From Macrostomum lignano (lineage: Eukaryota): a stretch of 60,582 nucleotides of DNA. The stretch is taken from NCBI GenBank assembly GCA_002269645.1, contig NIVC01004105.1:1-60582 (forward strand), in the 5' to 3' direction. Positions within the stretch are counted from its first letter, which is position 1. Each line of letters begins with the position of its first letter. Positions 25,357 to 39,150 of this stretch are shown piece by piece. The translations under genes were made by a program, and so were the position numbers. The notes beneath the pieces are model-generated. The model was not told where the DNA came from, ran no database searches, and saw nothing but the letters and a program-made list of their open reading frames with translations.

Positions 25357-26687
25357 TCAGCGCGACTTCCGATCCGCATCAGGACAGCCAGCGGCCAGCC
25401 GTCCTCGCCGGCTCTGCAGCCAGTTAACCGCGGGAGCCGCGGCGGCCAGCGGGCAGGCCAGGCAGACGGAGATCAGCGCTGCAGCCGGCTGGCTCGGAGC
25501 TTCGTGGCCGGGCAGCGCGGCTTCGACGCAGCCGCCGAGCAGCGGAGCGAGCAGGCGGGCCAGCGAGTTCACCGACTGCGAGGCGGCCATCGCGTCGGTC
25601 AGGGCGGCCTCGGGACAGGCGAAGGACGAGCTGACAAGCCGGCAGCGCAGCAGGGTCGGGTATGCGTCCCTGGCCAGGCCGTTGAAGAAGCTCAGCGGGG
25701 CCTGGGCGGCGGCGAACTGTGCCAGGCTGGTGACGAGACCCGAGGAGGCCAGTGAGAGGCAGGCGGCCTGGCCGGCGGCTGCCAGCAGCACCAGGCGGTC
25801 GGGGCCGAGGCCAGTGGCCGACTGCAGCGGCCCGATGGACAGGCCGGACAGCAGGCCGGAGACGGCGCCCAGCGAGGTGGCGAGGCCCGCGCCGGCGGAC
25901 GAGGCAGAGAAGCGCGAGTTCAGCGCCAGGGCGAAGTTGTGCCGGAACAGCTGAGCGGCCAGCGACATCGGCAGCTGCAGCGCCAGCAGGTCGGCCACGG
26001 CCAGCGCAGCGGACAGCGCCGAGGAGGTCGGAGTCGGCCTAGAACTCCGACCGGATGACTTCGGCGCCACCTCGGCAGCTGGCGCTGCTGCCGACACCGC
26101 GGTCGCGATGCCGACAGTCAAAAAGCCGACGCAGGCGAGGCCGGTCACCAGGCGGAAGCCGCCAAAGTCGAAGGCGACCCCACCGACCATGGGCCCGACG
26201 ATGAAGCCGAGGGAGGACAGCGTCGAGTGCGAGCCGAGCAGACGGATCCGGCGACTTTCGCTGACGTCAGGCGACGAGGCGAGCTGCGTCCGCTGCAGAG
26301 TCTGGGTGTGCTTGAACAGAGCCGTGATGAGGCGGAGGCTGGCTAGGCTGGGGAAGTCGGGCGGCCCGAGGCCCAACGCCAGGTAGCCCGCGGCGGAGGC
26401 CACGCAGCAAAGGCTGTGGGCGTTGCGGGCGCCGAACCGGCGAACCAGGCGGCCCTGGGAGGAGGGAGGGCGCGAATTGGGAAGCCTAACTGAGCTGGGC
26501 TGGGAATGGGAAACTGAGACCAAGACTGACAGACTCAAGAGAAACCATCGGGTAGGGTTGCTCGCTTAACAACAATCAAGCAATGAAGCAATGAAGCAAT
26601 GTTGATCAAGAGAAACCAGCAGACACAGACAGGCAGGCAGGCAGGAAGGCAGACAGACAGACAGACAGGCAGGCAGGCAGGCAGACA

Positions 26688-26724
<37 letters not shown>

Positions 26725-27453
26725 ACAGACACAGACAGGCAGACAGACAGACAGACAGACAGACAGGCAGGCAGGCAGGCAGGCAGGCAGACAGACAGGC
26801 AGACAGACAGGCAGACAGACAGGCAGACAGACAGACAGGCAGACAGGCAGGCAGGCAGGCAGACAGACACAGACAGGCAGACAGGCAGACAGACAGGCAG
26901 ACAGGCAGGCAGACAGACAGACAGGCAGGCAGACAGGCAGACAGACAGACAGGCAGACAGACAGGCAGACAGACAAACAGACAGACAGGCAGACAGACAG
27001 ACAGACAGACAGACAGACAGGCAGACAGACAGGCAGACAGACAGGCAGACAGACAGTACACAGCAAAAAACTCACACAAATCGAGCTGGAAAAAATCTGC
27101 ACAGCTCCGTACTCGGACTCTGAAAAATTAAAGTTTCCCAGTAATGTCTCACTAAGATTGAAGCAACACCAATACTACTGATAGTAGTAAAATATTCGAG
27201 TAGTTTATTGGCTTACGAAACAATCCCATGTAGAACGGAGCCATGTCGATTTGTTTCAGGTGAATGGGCAGGCAGGTGATGACCATGCTGACGCAGAACA
27301 GGTCCTGAGCAAATTACGAGTAAATGAAGGTAAGATAAGGCCGATGAGCCACACTACAGCGTACTTGAGCAGTGAACTCACCGCAAAGCCTGCCAGGCAC
27401 AGTAGAAACTGCCGCCTGTCAGATTGCGCCAGCTCAGCGACAAATAAGCCGGC
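25357..27453 (-). CDS. MFSD9: MFS transporter, MFSD9-like, 4 coding exons, ~434 aa; no ATG in the first coding exon
   Basis: Exons 27453-27382, 27304-27217, 27119-27076, 26454-25357 (phases 0, 1, 0) read AGLFVAELAQSDRRQFLLCLAGFA-DLFCVSMVIT...-QSEYGAVQIFSSSIC-GRLVRRFG...ALFKHTQTL...LGFIVGPMVGG. This matches the MFSD9 pattern as I recall it (RRFLLCL..GFLDLFGVSM, GIFKHTL, GFILGPVVGG). Confidence 0.8.
26622..27056. repeat. (CAGA/CAGG)n microsatellite in MFSD9 intron 3
   Basis: Direct reading. Confidence 0.95.
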
Positions 27454-27506
27454 CTGAAGTTGAGGGGCGGTGGGCGAATGGCGAACGTTACGGGCAATCG
27501 TCAAGG

Positions 27507-28030
27507 GATAAGGGTGATTCTCATGGGACAAGGGGTGATTCTCATGGGATAAGGGGGGGTTGCTCATGGGGTAAGGGGGGGGGGTTGCTCATGGGGTAAG
27601 GGAGGTTGCTCATGGGGTAATTCGTGACTCTCATGGGATAAGGGATAAGGGTGATTCTCATGGTATAAGGGGTGATTCTCATGGGACAAGGGGTGATTCT
27701 CATGGGATAATGGGTGATCCTCATGGTATAAGGGGTGATTCTCATGGTATAAGGGGTGATTCTCATGGGACAAGGGGTGCTCCTCATGGGATAACAGGTG
27801 ATTCTCATGGGATAAGGGGGGTTGCTCATGGGGTAAGGGGGGTTGCTCATGGGGTAATTCGTGACTCTCATGGGATAAGGGATAAGGGGTGATCCTTATG
27901 GGATAAGGGATAACGGGTGCTCCTCATGGGATAACGGGTGATTCTCATGGGATAACGGGTGATCCTGATGGGATAGGGATAGAGGGTGGTTCTCATGGAA
28001 TACTCGTACGGGTTGATTATCATGGGATAC
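27507..28030. repeat. 21-bp minisatellite (CTCATGGGATAAGGGGTGATT) upstream of the MFSD9 first coding exon
   Basis: About 25 variable copies. Confidence 0.92.
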
Positions 28031-28837
28031 TAAATGAGCGATTTTTCACGCCAAAAGTTTCAAGGGATAAAAGACGATTCTCAATGGACAATTGGCGACC
28101 CCATTTTGCTAGGAGTTCGAAAAGTTAAAATAAAGTCCAATTCGATTGAATTAGTTATTAATAACGAAAGATATGATGACAGTTGTTAAATATATATTTA
28201 TCTATAGCTAATTGAAAATTCGTATCGAATAAAGATACGATAGCTAGTTAAACTAAATCACTACTTGACTCGCGCGGTTTCTAAAGCACAAAAAATCAAT
28301 TCCAATCCCGCCTTTCCCATCGCAACTGGCAACTAAAATTAGCGTTGAAAAAGCCAGAGACCGGGTCGATCTGCTGGCTTATAACAAAAAAGGTCAAAGG
28401 GAAGACAAACAGTCAAATTTGAAAACAAAACTCTGTCCAACCGCTGCTAAGCTACCGAATCGCTAAGAAAACACAGCATATCAAAGTGGGAATCGTGGCG
28501 CCATAATGATTGCAGACTAACAGAAATCTATTTTTAGAACAGAAAATCGATTACAGAAGCGACTGCTCAAAGACGAAACAACATGCTCAGAAAGATTGAA
28601 ATGAGAATGCTCAAAAATAGCAAAACGTCTAATAACTAGCTAGAAGTGATGATGGCGGAGTACCGGGATTTCCTGGCTGACGTTAGTGATGCTGGGCAAG
28701 GGATGCGGTGCTGTTGCTCTTCAAGCAAAATATGGGAAAAATTAAGCGCAAAAAGATAAAATATTTGTTATTTTAAGACAATTTGTTAACGACAAAAATT
28801 CATCGCCAGTCATTATTGGGCATATAAGACAGCTCGG

Positions 28838-29509
28838 TGTGGCAGAGATGGGATAACTTAGTGAGGCAGAGATGGGATAACTCAGTGAGGCAGAGATGGG
28901 ATAATTCACTGTGGCAGAGATGGGATAACTCAGTGAGGCAGAGCTGGGATAACTCAGTGAGGCAGAGATGGGATAACTCAGTGAGGCAGAGATGGGATAA
29001 CTCAGTGAGGCAGAGATGGGATAACTCAGTGAGGCAGAGATGGGATAATTCACTGTGGCACAGATGGGATAACTCACTGTGGCAGAGATGGGATAATTCA
29101 CTGTGGCAGAGATAGGATAACTCACTGTGCCACAGATGGGATAACTCACTGTGGCAGAGATGGGATAACTCACTGTGGCAGAGATGGGATAACTCACTGT
29201 GGCACAGATGGGATAACTCACTGTGGCAGAGATGGGATAATTCACTGTGGCAGAGATAGGATAACTCACTGTGGCACAGATGGGATAACTCACTGTGGCA
29301 GAGATGGGATAACTCACTGAGGCAGAGATGGGATAACTCAGTGAGGCAGAGATGGGATAACTCACTGAGGCAGAGATGGGATAACTCACTGAGGCAGAGA
29401 TGGGATAACCCAGTGAGGCAGAGCTGGGATAACTCAGCGAGGCAGAGATGGGATAACTCAGTGAGGCAGAGATGGGATAACTCACTGAGGCAGAGATGGG
29501 ATAACTCAC
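28838..29509 (-). repeat. 24-bp minisatellite (sense GTGAGTTATCCCATCTCTGCCTCA), ~28 copies, beginning at a donor-consensus site
   Basis: Minus strand reads ...TTATTCCTCTAG|GTGAGTTATCCCATCTCTGCCTCA GTGAGT... Confidence 0.93.
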
Positions 29510-30076
29510 CTAGAGGAATAATGAAAACACCTCACATGATTAACAAGCAATGACTGCTAAGAGGATAAGTGATGATCGTGAAAAAAAGCAAAATTAATCA
29601 AGGTGAATAGCAATGGCGATAGGCTAGTGGACCAATCAAATCAAAGGGTACTACAAAAAGCGCAGCTCGGGTGCCGGTATTTCAACAATTGACGGCAAAT
29701 CAATCTGTCTGAATGCCGATTATTTTGGCCGAAAAAATGCACTACGAAGATGATCGAGAGCGATGGGACTCGGGCGCATGCCGCGATGCATTTTCATTTG
29801 GCTTATCGGGCTTCAGTGCCTCTGTTGCACATTCCAAGAACCAGCAGATGCAGTAGGGCATCACACTTGGTTTCTTAGACCTGTACCTCCTCACACAATT
29901 GTATTCAATATCTCAATTTAAACAAATTATTTCACTTTGAAAATCCTTAGCACACAAAACAGAGCAGGCCTTCAAAAACACTTATTTTCTAAGAAACTAT
30001 GCGTTTAGTTTATCTACTTCTAGCGGTCCTTGCAAGACCTTTCCAGTCCAATCCAAACACTGATAGTCCATGACCA

Positions 30077-31761
30077 TCAAGCAGCGGCTCCGTCCTCCCT
30101 GGCCAGAACCACGGCGCAGCGGCAGGGCAGGTACAGCTGCAGCGAGTTGCCGCGGCCGTCAAAGTCGCCAGGCTGGGTGAAGAATTGCGTATTCTCGTCC
30201 ACTCGGTTGTGTCCGCCGAACTCCGGCCGGTCGGTGTTGAGCACAATCCGGTAGCGTCCGGGCTCGGCCACGCCCAGCCGATAGTCCGTGAAGCTGCTGG
30301 CCCAGTGCCAGTTGAAGGCGAACAGCAGGCCGCCCCGCTCGAAGGCCACCACCTTGTCGCCGTTGTGCTTCCTGGGCGCAAAGTTCGTTTTGGCGCAACA
30401 TTGCAACATTTGGCGCATTTTTAACCTAAATTAGTCTGTTCAGGTGCTCTAATGCGGCCTGTTTTGGTGCTCTAATGCGGCCTGTTTTGGTGCTCTAATG
30501 CGGCCTGTTTTGGTGCTCTAATGCGGCCTGTTTTGGTGCTCTAATGCGGCCTGTTTTGGTGCTCTAATGCGGCCTGTTAATTTTGGTGCTCTAATGCGGC
30601 CTGTTAATTTTGGTGCTCTAATTTGGCCTGTTTTGGTGCTCTAATGCGGCCTGTTTTGGTGCTCTAATGCGGCCTGTTTTGGTGCTCTAATGCGGCCTGT
30701 TTTGGTGCTATAATGCGGCCTTTTTCGGAATTTCCATATTAGACGCATCTCACTGAATCGCCGCCCATTCACCTGGTAATGTAACCGGGACCCCGGTGCA
30801 GCCAGCCGAACCGGGCCTCGGCCAGGTTCATAGCCGCATCAAAATTGTTGAGATGCTGATAGCGCAGCAGTTTGTCGTCAACCAGGTTGAACTGCCGCCT
30901 GGCATAATAGTAAGACTCGCCGTTGCCAAGCCGGGGAAGTCCAGCCACTCGGGTGCCCGAACTCGTTGCCAATGAAGTTCAGGTAGCCCTCGCCGCCAAG
31001 AGCGTGCGTGATCAGGCGGATCATCTTGTGCAGGGCGATGCCCCGGTCGATGATGAGGGACGGATCCGACAGGGTGGACATATGGGTGTACATCTCCTTG
31101 TCCATCAGCCAGAAGGCGATGGTTTTGTCACCGACCAGAGCCTGATCGTGCGACTCGGCGTAGGCGATGGCCTTCTCGCCGTAGCGCCGGTTCTCCAGCT
31201 CGAAGCAGATCTTGGCCACGTCCCAGTCCTGGTCGGGGACGCCCTCGAGCAGCTTGATCCACAGGTCGGGCACGGCCATGGCCAGCCGGTAGTCGAAGCC
31301 GTAGCCGCCGTGCTCAACTGGCCGGCAGAGGCCGGGCAGGCCGCTGACCTCCTCGGCCACGGTGATGACAAAGGGGTGCGCCTTGTGCAGCAGCCAGTTG
31401 GCCAGGGCCAAGTACGTGAGGGACTCGGTGTCCACGCTCATGCCGAAGTACTCGTCGTAGTGGCCGGAGAAGTTGTGGTTGAGGCCGTGGTGGTGATACA
31501 GCATGGACATGCAGCCGTCGAAGCGGAATCCGTCGAAGCCGTACTCCTCGATCCACCAGGTCAGGTTGGACAGCAGGAAGCGGAGCACCTGCCAATTGTG
31601 AATGTTGGCACATGTACAAACCTTGCATTACTGCTTTCAGTAACTGATCTCTCACACAAAGCGCTAGTACACCTGTATCATACGTATCGTACATGTACAT
31701 CGAAATGAGGATTAAAATACTGAAAACTGTTAGACGAATAGACACTAGGACACAGAGAGCC

Positions 31762-31811
<50 letters not shown>

Positions 31812-31813
31812 TC

Positions 31814-31895
<82 letters not shown>

Positions 31896-32118
31896 TCAGA
31901 CAGACAGACAGACAGACAGACACACACACACACACAGACACAGACAGACACACACACAGACACACACATACACACAGACAGACACACACAGACACACAGA
32001 CAGACACACACAGACACACACACAGACACACAGACAGACACACACACACAGACAGACACACACACAGACAGACACACACACACACACACACAGACAGACA
32101 CACAGACAGACACACACA

Positions 32119-32161
<43 letters not shown>

Positions 32162-33511
32162 ACGTGGATCAGCCCACCTCCAGACTGGTGTAGTTGAAAA
32201 GCCGGCTGTCCCAGAGGTCGTGCCGGCCGCGCGGCCCGTCATGAAAGTAGCAGTTGTTGCTGCCGTCGAACTGGTTGAGCCCGTCGATGGTGTTGTTGGA
32301 GGCGTGGCTGTGCACAATGTCCAGCAGCACGATGATGCCCATGCTGTGTGCGGCATCGATGAGCTGCTTGAGCTCGCAGGGCGTGCCGTAGCGGCTGGAG
32401 GCGGCGAAGAAAGAGGTGATCTGGTAGCCGAAGCTGGCATAGTAGGCGTGCTCCATCACGGCCATGAGCTGGATGCAGTTGTAGCCGAGGTCCCGCACCC
32501 TGGGAAGCACGCTCTCCCTGAAGTAGTCGTAGGTGGCCACGCGCTCCTCGGGCGAGCTGATGCCTACGTGGGCCTCGTAGATGCGCAGGCTGGCTGGCAC
32601 CGGCGGTCTGGGCACGTTCAGCCTGCGGCGGGGTGAACAGAGTGCGGTTGCTATTGAGACAAACAAAAAGCATGTTTTGGCCATGACTCCAAAAACTCTA
32701 GTGTGTACAATGTACTTGCATTCAAAAGTCCCATGCATGGCAATTGGTAGAGTTCTTACTAAGTGCATTCATTCAACTTGGGTACAAGTGAGCGCCAACC
32801 TATTGGTCTATGTGCCAGCGGCCCAGGTTCGATTCCAAGTGCAGTCACATTAATTTGGGGCTAAACTGGAATCTCGGCTTGGGTCTGCTTGGGCGGAATG
32901 GGCAGCAATGCCTCTCGCCGGTTGTGTGAATCCTCCAGCGCGGCCAAAGTACACGATGCCCTAACCCGCTCAGCTGAGCAGGCCAAACTGTGCGCAGCTC
33001 ACTTGTACGGCTTCGGCGGATTCCACAGCCGCTGCTCATAGACGGTGCCGCTGGGCGCTCCCTTTGGCGGCCGGGTCACGTAGGGCGCCCACGGCGACAG
33101 CCGGTCGAGCCGCTGGCCCTGCGGCCCGATGATGAGCAGCTTGATCACCGAGTTGTGCTCAATGGCTGGCTTGCCATCCGGCTTGGGCGGAATGACCAGC
33201 GTCCACTTGCCGAAGGGCTGCTTCTCGAACGGGTACTGGTCCTCGCGCCAGTTGTTGAAGTCGCCGCGCAGGTAGACGGCCTGTGCGTTCGGCGCCCACT
33301 CCTGGCAGCGCACCGTGCCGTCCGGGTCCACGCGGACGCCGAACTCGCGGTAGCCGTGCGACAGGCGCTCGATGCCATCGGCCTCTTCTATTCGACGCCA
33401 TTCACTGCGCAGGCAGTTGTAGCGCCGGCGCAGCTCGGTTTCGTAGCCTCGCAGGTAGGGATCGAACTTGAACAGCTCCTCGAGCTGCGGATTCTCGGGC
33501 GGCGCTTCCAT
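30077..33511 (-). CDS. GBE1: 1,4-alpha-glucan branching enzyme (GH13), 4 exons, ~688 aa after correcting two 1-nt deletions
   Basis: Exons 33511-33003, 32622-32178, 31588-30773, 30371-30077 (phases 2, 0, 2). Motifs [21 protein letters not shown] (nucleophile), VAEEVSG (acid/base), ESHDQ. Exons total 2065 nt; adding one C at ~30953 and one at ~30934 restores GHPEWLDFPR. Confidence 0.95.
30443..30722. repeat. 23-bp minisatellite (GGTGCTCTAATGCGGCCTGTTTT), ~12 copies, in GBE1 intron 3
   Basis: Period measured 30443 to 30466. Confidence 0.95.
31752..32160. repeat. (CAGA)n grading into (CA)n microsatellite, GBE1 intron 2
   Basis: Direct reading. Confidence 0.95.
32770..32965 (+). mobile_element. 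Putative tRNA-derived SINE fragment in GBE1 intron 1, antisense to the host gene
   Basis: B box GGTTCGATTCC at 32826-32836 followed by a GC-balanced body. No clear A box; boundaries approximate. Confidence 0.4.
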
Positions 33512-33552
33512 GGCGGGGCTGCAACTGCAGGACTCTGGGGCATGAGCGGCTG

Positions 33553-34801
<1,249 letters not shown>

Positions 34802-35394
34802 GCCTTAGTGTCTACTATTGCTTCTCTACGAAAAAATAGTTCAGCGACATAAAGGCAATTTTGACGTTGTTCAGGAATAACACCAAGGCTCCTATATAAT
34901 CATAACACCTGTATTTAACTGTAGCACACAAGCGTATCGAAGATTAACAGTATATATATGCAAGACAAATGCTTTCAATTAAACTTCATTCACTGAAACA
35001 TTTTGGAGGTGACAAGAAATGCAAGGAAAGAAAACTATTGGGCCACACAATTACGAAGCAGTTTGTACGTTATTGAACTACGATAAGCTGAGAATAAGGG
35101 TTGAAGGGTCATAGCATGACTGGGTTGGGTTTAAAAATGACGTTAACTTTATCTACATCACTTGACGAAATATAGTTTATATCTTCTAGTCTTTATTATC
35201 TTTGGTCATGAAACTCTGAGCATGCAAGACCATCGAGATGTTTAACGATGCTTTCGTTGAATTTCTTTATAAATATAGACTTCAAGAATGTCAGCCATTC
35301 CAGCTCGAGAATTGCAAAATTCCAAAACTTTAACTGATTTTTGTCGCTCAAATGTCACCGACAGACCTCCAGGACCTTCGGCGCGATATATCTG

Positions 35395-35449
35395 TTTGTC
35401 TGTCCCTCTACCTGTCTGTCCGCCTATCTGTCTACCTGTCGGTCGGTCG

Positions 35450-35506
<57 letters not shown>

Positions 35507-35968
35507 CCTGTCTATCTACCTGTCTCTCTGTCTGTTTATCTACCTGTCTCTCTGTCTGTCTCTCTGTCTGTCTATCTACCTGTCTCTCTGTATATCTACC
35601 TGTCTCTCTGTCTGTTTATCTACCTGTCTCTCTACCTGTCTCTCTGTCTGTCTCTCTGTCTGTCTATCTACCTGTCTCTCTGTATATCTACCTGTCTCTC
35701 TGTCTGTCTATCTACCTGTCTCTCTGTATATCTACCTGTCTCTCTGTCTGTTTATCTACCTGTCTCTCTACCTGTCTATCTATCTGTCTCTCTGTCTGTC
35801 CATCTACCTGTCTCTCTGTCTCTCTGTCTGTCTATCTACCTGTCTCTCTGTCTGTCTATCTACCTGTCTCTCTGTCTGTCTATCTACCTGTCTCTCTGTC
35901 TGTCTATCTACCTGTCTCTCTGTCTGTCTATCTACCTGTCTCTCTGTCTGTCCATCTACCTGTCTGTC
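35395..35968. repeat. Compound TCTG/TCTA/CTACCTG simple repeat downstream of RPP25L
   Basis: Direct reading. Confidence 0.92.
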
Positions 35969-36039
35969 TTTGTGAATAACTCCGATTTAGCGATTTAGAT
36001 AGACCCAAGCAAGCTCGGTGAGTCATCCATGATTTCCAA

Positions 36040-37210
36040 TTATTTCTCCTCGCCGCTTGGCGCCTCCCGCTTGGCGCTCAGTAGCAGCTTGGCGCCCTTC
36101 CTGGCCTTGACCTTGGTCACGTGACGCTTTGCCGGATTGCTGACCGGCGCGGCGCGCTGCCGGCCGGCCTCAGCTGGCAGCACGCTGCTCACGAAGTGAG
36201 CGGCAAAGTCCGAGCCGGCCGGCAGCGGACTGGCCGAGGCGGGCAGCTCCAGGCGGGACAGCAGGCAGCGAATTGCCGGGACCTCGCGGACTGCCTGCGG
36301 TGGTGACGAATAGCAACATGTGGCTGGCTGTGTAACTTGCCATTGTTGACTGGACAGGGGTATCAGATATTGCTCGCCAATGCTTGTGTTGTATTGCTCA
36401 ATCGAGTTTAAAGAGTAATGCTCACTCGTGTCTAAGGGGTATGTATCGCTCACTCGTGTCCAAAGGGTATGTATCGCTCACTCGTGTCCAAAGGGTATCT
36501 ATCGCTCACTCGTGTCCAAAGGGTATCTATCGCTCACTCGTGTCCAAAGGGTATCTATCGCTCACTCGTGTCCAAAGGGTATCTATCGCTCACTCGTGTC
36601 CAAAGGGTATCTATCGCTCACTCGTGTCCAAAGGGTATTTATCGCTCACTCGTGCTCAAAGGGTAGTTACTGCCCATTTTTCGAATCTAAAGGTATTGAA
36701 GTTGACAACAAAGGAGAAATAATGACTTGACATGACATGAAATGACTTGAAATGGACGATACAAACGAACAACGGACAGACGCAACCGACCTGCAGCCGG
36801 TCCAGCCCCGGCAGCTTCGGCTCGTAGAACTGGCGCATCTTCTGGTAGAACAGGCAGTTCGCCTGGTGCAGCTGCAGGCCGCGGCTGTCGCACCTTCGCT
36901 TGGTCATCTCCGAGCAGGAGATCGCCTTCTCCAAGGCGTCTCCGTCCCCAGTCCACAGCACCTGGTCGATCGGGTGCAGCTTCGGCTTGGACTTGACATC
37001 CGCGTCAGCGTTGCCTAGCAACTGAGCCACCGCGTAGTCGACCAGACGGCCAGCCTTGCTGCCGGGCTTCACCTGCATCAGCAGGCAGAAGCGCCGCCCG
37101 CTGTCGGCTGAATCGGCCACGCCGCTGTCCGAACTCAGCACCGGCAGCTGGCCGGGAATGTCCGGTGGCTCGCTGATGTGCACCGTCTTGCCAATGTTGT
37201 AGTGCTCCAT
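36040..37210 (-). CDS. RPP25L: Ribonuclease P subunit p25-like (Alba domain), 2 exons, ~224 aa
   Basis: Exons 37210-36791 and 36294-36040 (phase 0). MEHY start, MQVKPGSK, VLWTGDGDALEKAISCSEMTKRR, and junction GLDRLQ-AVREVPAIRCLLSR fit the RPP25/RPP25L Alba family. Confidence 0.85.
36419..36663. repeat. 28-bp minisatellite (TCGCTCACTCGTGTCCAAAGGGTATCTA), ~9 copies, in the RPP25L intron
   Basis: Direct reading. Confidence 0.93.
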
Positions 37211-37325
37211 CGAGGTGAAAAGGCTGTTGCGGAGCTGCGGACTGAGCAGAGATTTGGAGACTCCCGATTTCGAATCCGCTGAATTTCGGTGCTTAATTTA
37301 AATCTACTTGGCAACTGAGCATTCA

Positions 37326-37645
37326 CTGTCCTGTGCCCTGCCTTTTCCACTGCGGCAATTTCTGTCCCATACTGTCCTGTGCCCTGCCTTTTCCACTGCG
37401 GCAATTTCTGTGCCATACTGTCCTGTGCCCTGCCTTTTCCACTGCGGCAATTTCTGTGCCATACTGTCCTGTGCCCTGCCTTTTCCTCTGCGGCAATTTC
37501 TGTCTCATACTGTCCTGTGCCCTGCCTTTTCCACTGCGGCAATTTCTGTCCCATACTGTCCTGTGCCCTGCCTTTTCCACTGCGGCAATTTCTGTGCCAT
37601 ACTGTCCTGTGCCCTGCCTTTTCCACTGCGGCAATTTCTGTCTCA
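37326..37645. repeat. 46-bp minisatellite, 7 copies
   Basis: CTGTCCTGTGCCCTGCCTTTTCCACTGCGGCAATTTCTGTCCCATA; period 37326 to 37372. Confidence 0.95.
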
Positions 37646-38245
37646 TAATGTCCTGTCCACCGCTACATGCCTTCCTGTCCCATAATGTCCTGTCCACCGC
37701 TACATGCCTTCCTGTCTCATACTGTCCTGTCCACCGCTACATGCCTTCCTGTCCCATAATGTCCTGTCCACCGCTACATGCCTTCCTGTCTCATACTTTC
37801 CTGTCCACCGCTACATGCCTTCCTGTCTCATACTGTCCTGTCCACCGCTACAATCCTTCTTGTCTCATACTGTCCTGTCCACTGCTACAATCCTTCTTGT
37901 CTCATACTGTCCTGTCCACTGCTACAATCCATCTTGTCTCATACTGTCCTGTCCACCGCTACAATTCTTCTTGTCTCATACTGTCCTGTCGACTGCTACA
38001 ATCCTTCTTGTCTCATACTGTCCTGTCCACTGCTACAATCCATCTTGTCTCATACTGTCCTGTCCACCGCTACAATCCTTTTTGTCTCATACTGTCCTGT
38101 CCACCGCTACAATCCTTCTTGTCTCATACTGTCCTGTCCACTGCTACAATCCTTCTTGTCTCATACTGTCCTGTCCACTGCTACAATCCTTCTTGTCTCA
38201 TACTGTCCTGTCCACCGCTACAATCCATCTTGTCTCATACTGTCC
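37643..38245. repeat. 37-bp minisatellite, ~16 copies, abutting the 46-bp array
   Basis: TCATACTGTCCTGTCCACCGCTACA(TG/AT)CCTTC(C/T)TGTC; period 37651 to 37688. Confidence 0.93.
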
Positions 38246-39150
38246 CTTTCACCACTACAATCTCATCAGTGATATTGTCCAATACTTAGCTAAAGTTGCA
38301 GAACAATAAAAAACGCAGAGCCCAGCAAGGTGCAAGAGTTGGTGCCAATCTGTCTGAATATATTCCAAGATACTAAAAGCTAAACTCGTATGCAAGGGCA
38401 GGAAAAGAAATGAAATAAAATATTTAATTAGCAAAATAAGCAGACGCAGCATTGGGGAAACCAACTGGCGGCGGATGCAGCTTTCCAATCGGTTTGCAGA
38501 ATCCGGCAGTCAGCTGATCATGAGAGAGAGCCAGAGTCAGCAATAGTGTGTGCGCCAACAGCGGATTACAGGTAAAGGATTAAGCCTAATTAAAAGCATC
38601 ATATCTCAAGACGTATACAATACATTTAGTTTATAAACAGATTAAGGCAGCAAGTATCCCAAACTGATGTGCGCAGGTAATGGAAAGTTTAGTAAGCTGA
38701 TTGGGGCTGTTTAACCCCGAGTGCAGTCGGTGCTGAGCTCTGATATCTCTGGTGCCAAAATGTGCCAACCAATCAGCGAATCCGGCGAAGGGAACAAAGC
38801 AGGACATCAAACTGTTTATTGGCGGAGAATATGATAGGGTAATTTATAGAAATAACATGGAACAATCATGTAATCTGAGCCTTGCAGCTCAGATTCATCG
38901 ACATGGGAGCAGCAAAAAATAGAACAGCCTTCTGTCTGGCGCTGAGCTTATGAGACTACAGACCTTAAACTCGTATATAAGCTTGCCAGCGCTAAAACAG
39001 GGCTTCAATATATGCGAAATAACTGCTAATATAGTAAAATGAGTAACAGTCTGTCGCTTGTAGTCCTAGGCTCGAATCGCCCTCAGTCTGTTCCAACTTC
39101 ACCCCACATGCTAGTGCAAAGAATTGAGAGAAATTATATATTGTATTATA

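Noticed and set aside
25357-26538. Single-exon 393-aa MFS gene starting at 26538
   Set aside because: The first 28 codons are intronic. A clear acceptor at 26455 and three upstream exons supply the missing N-terminal helices.
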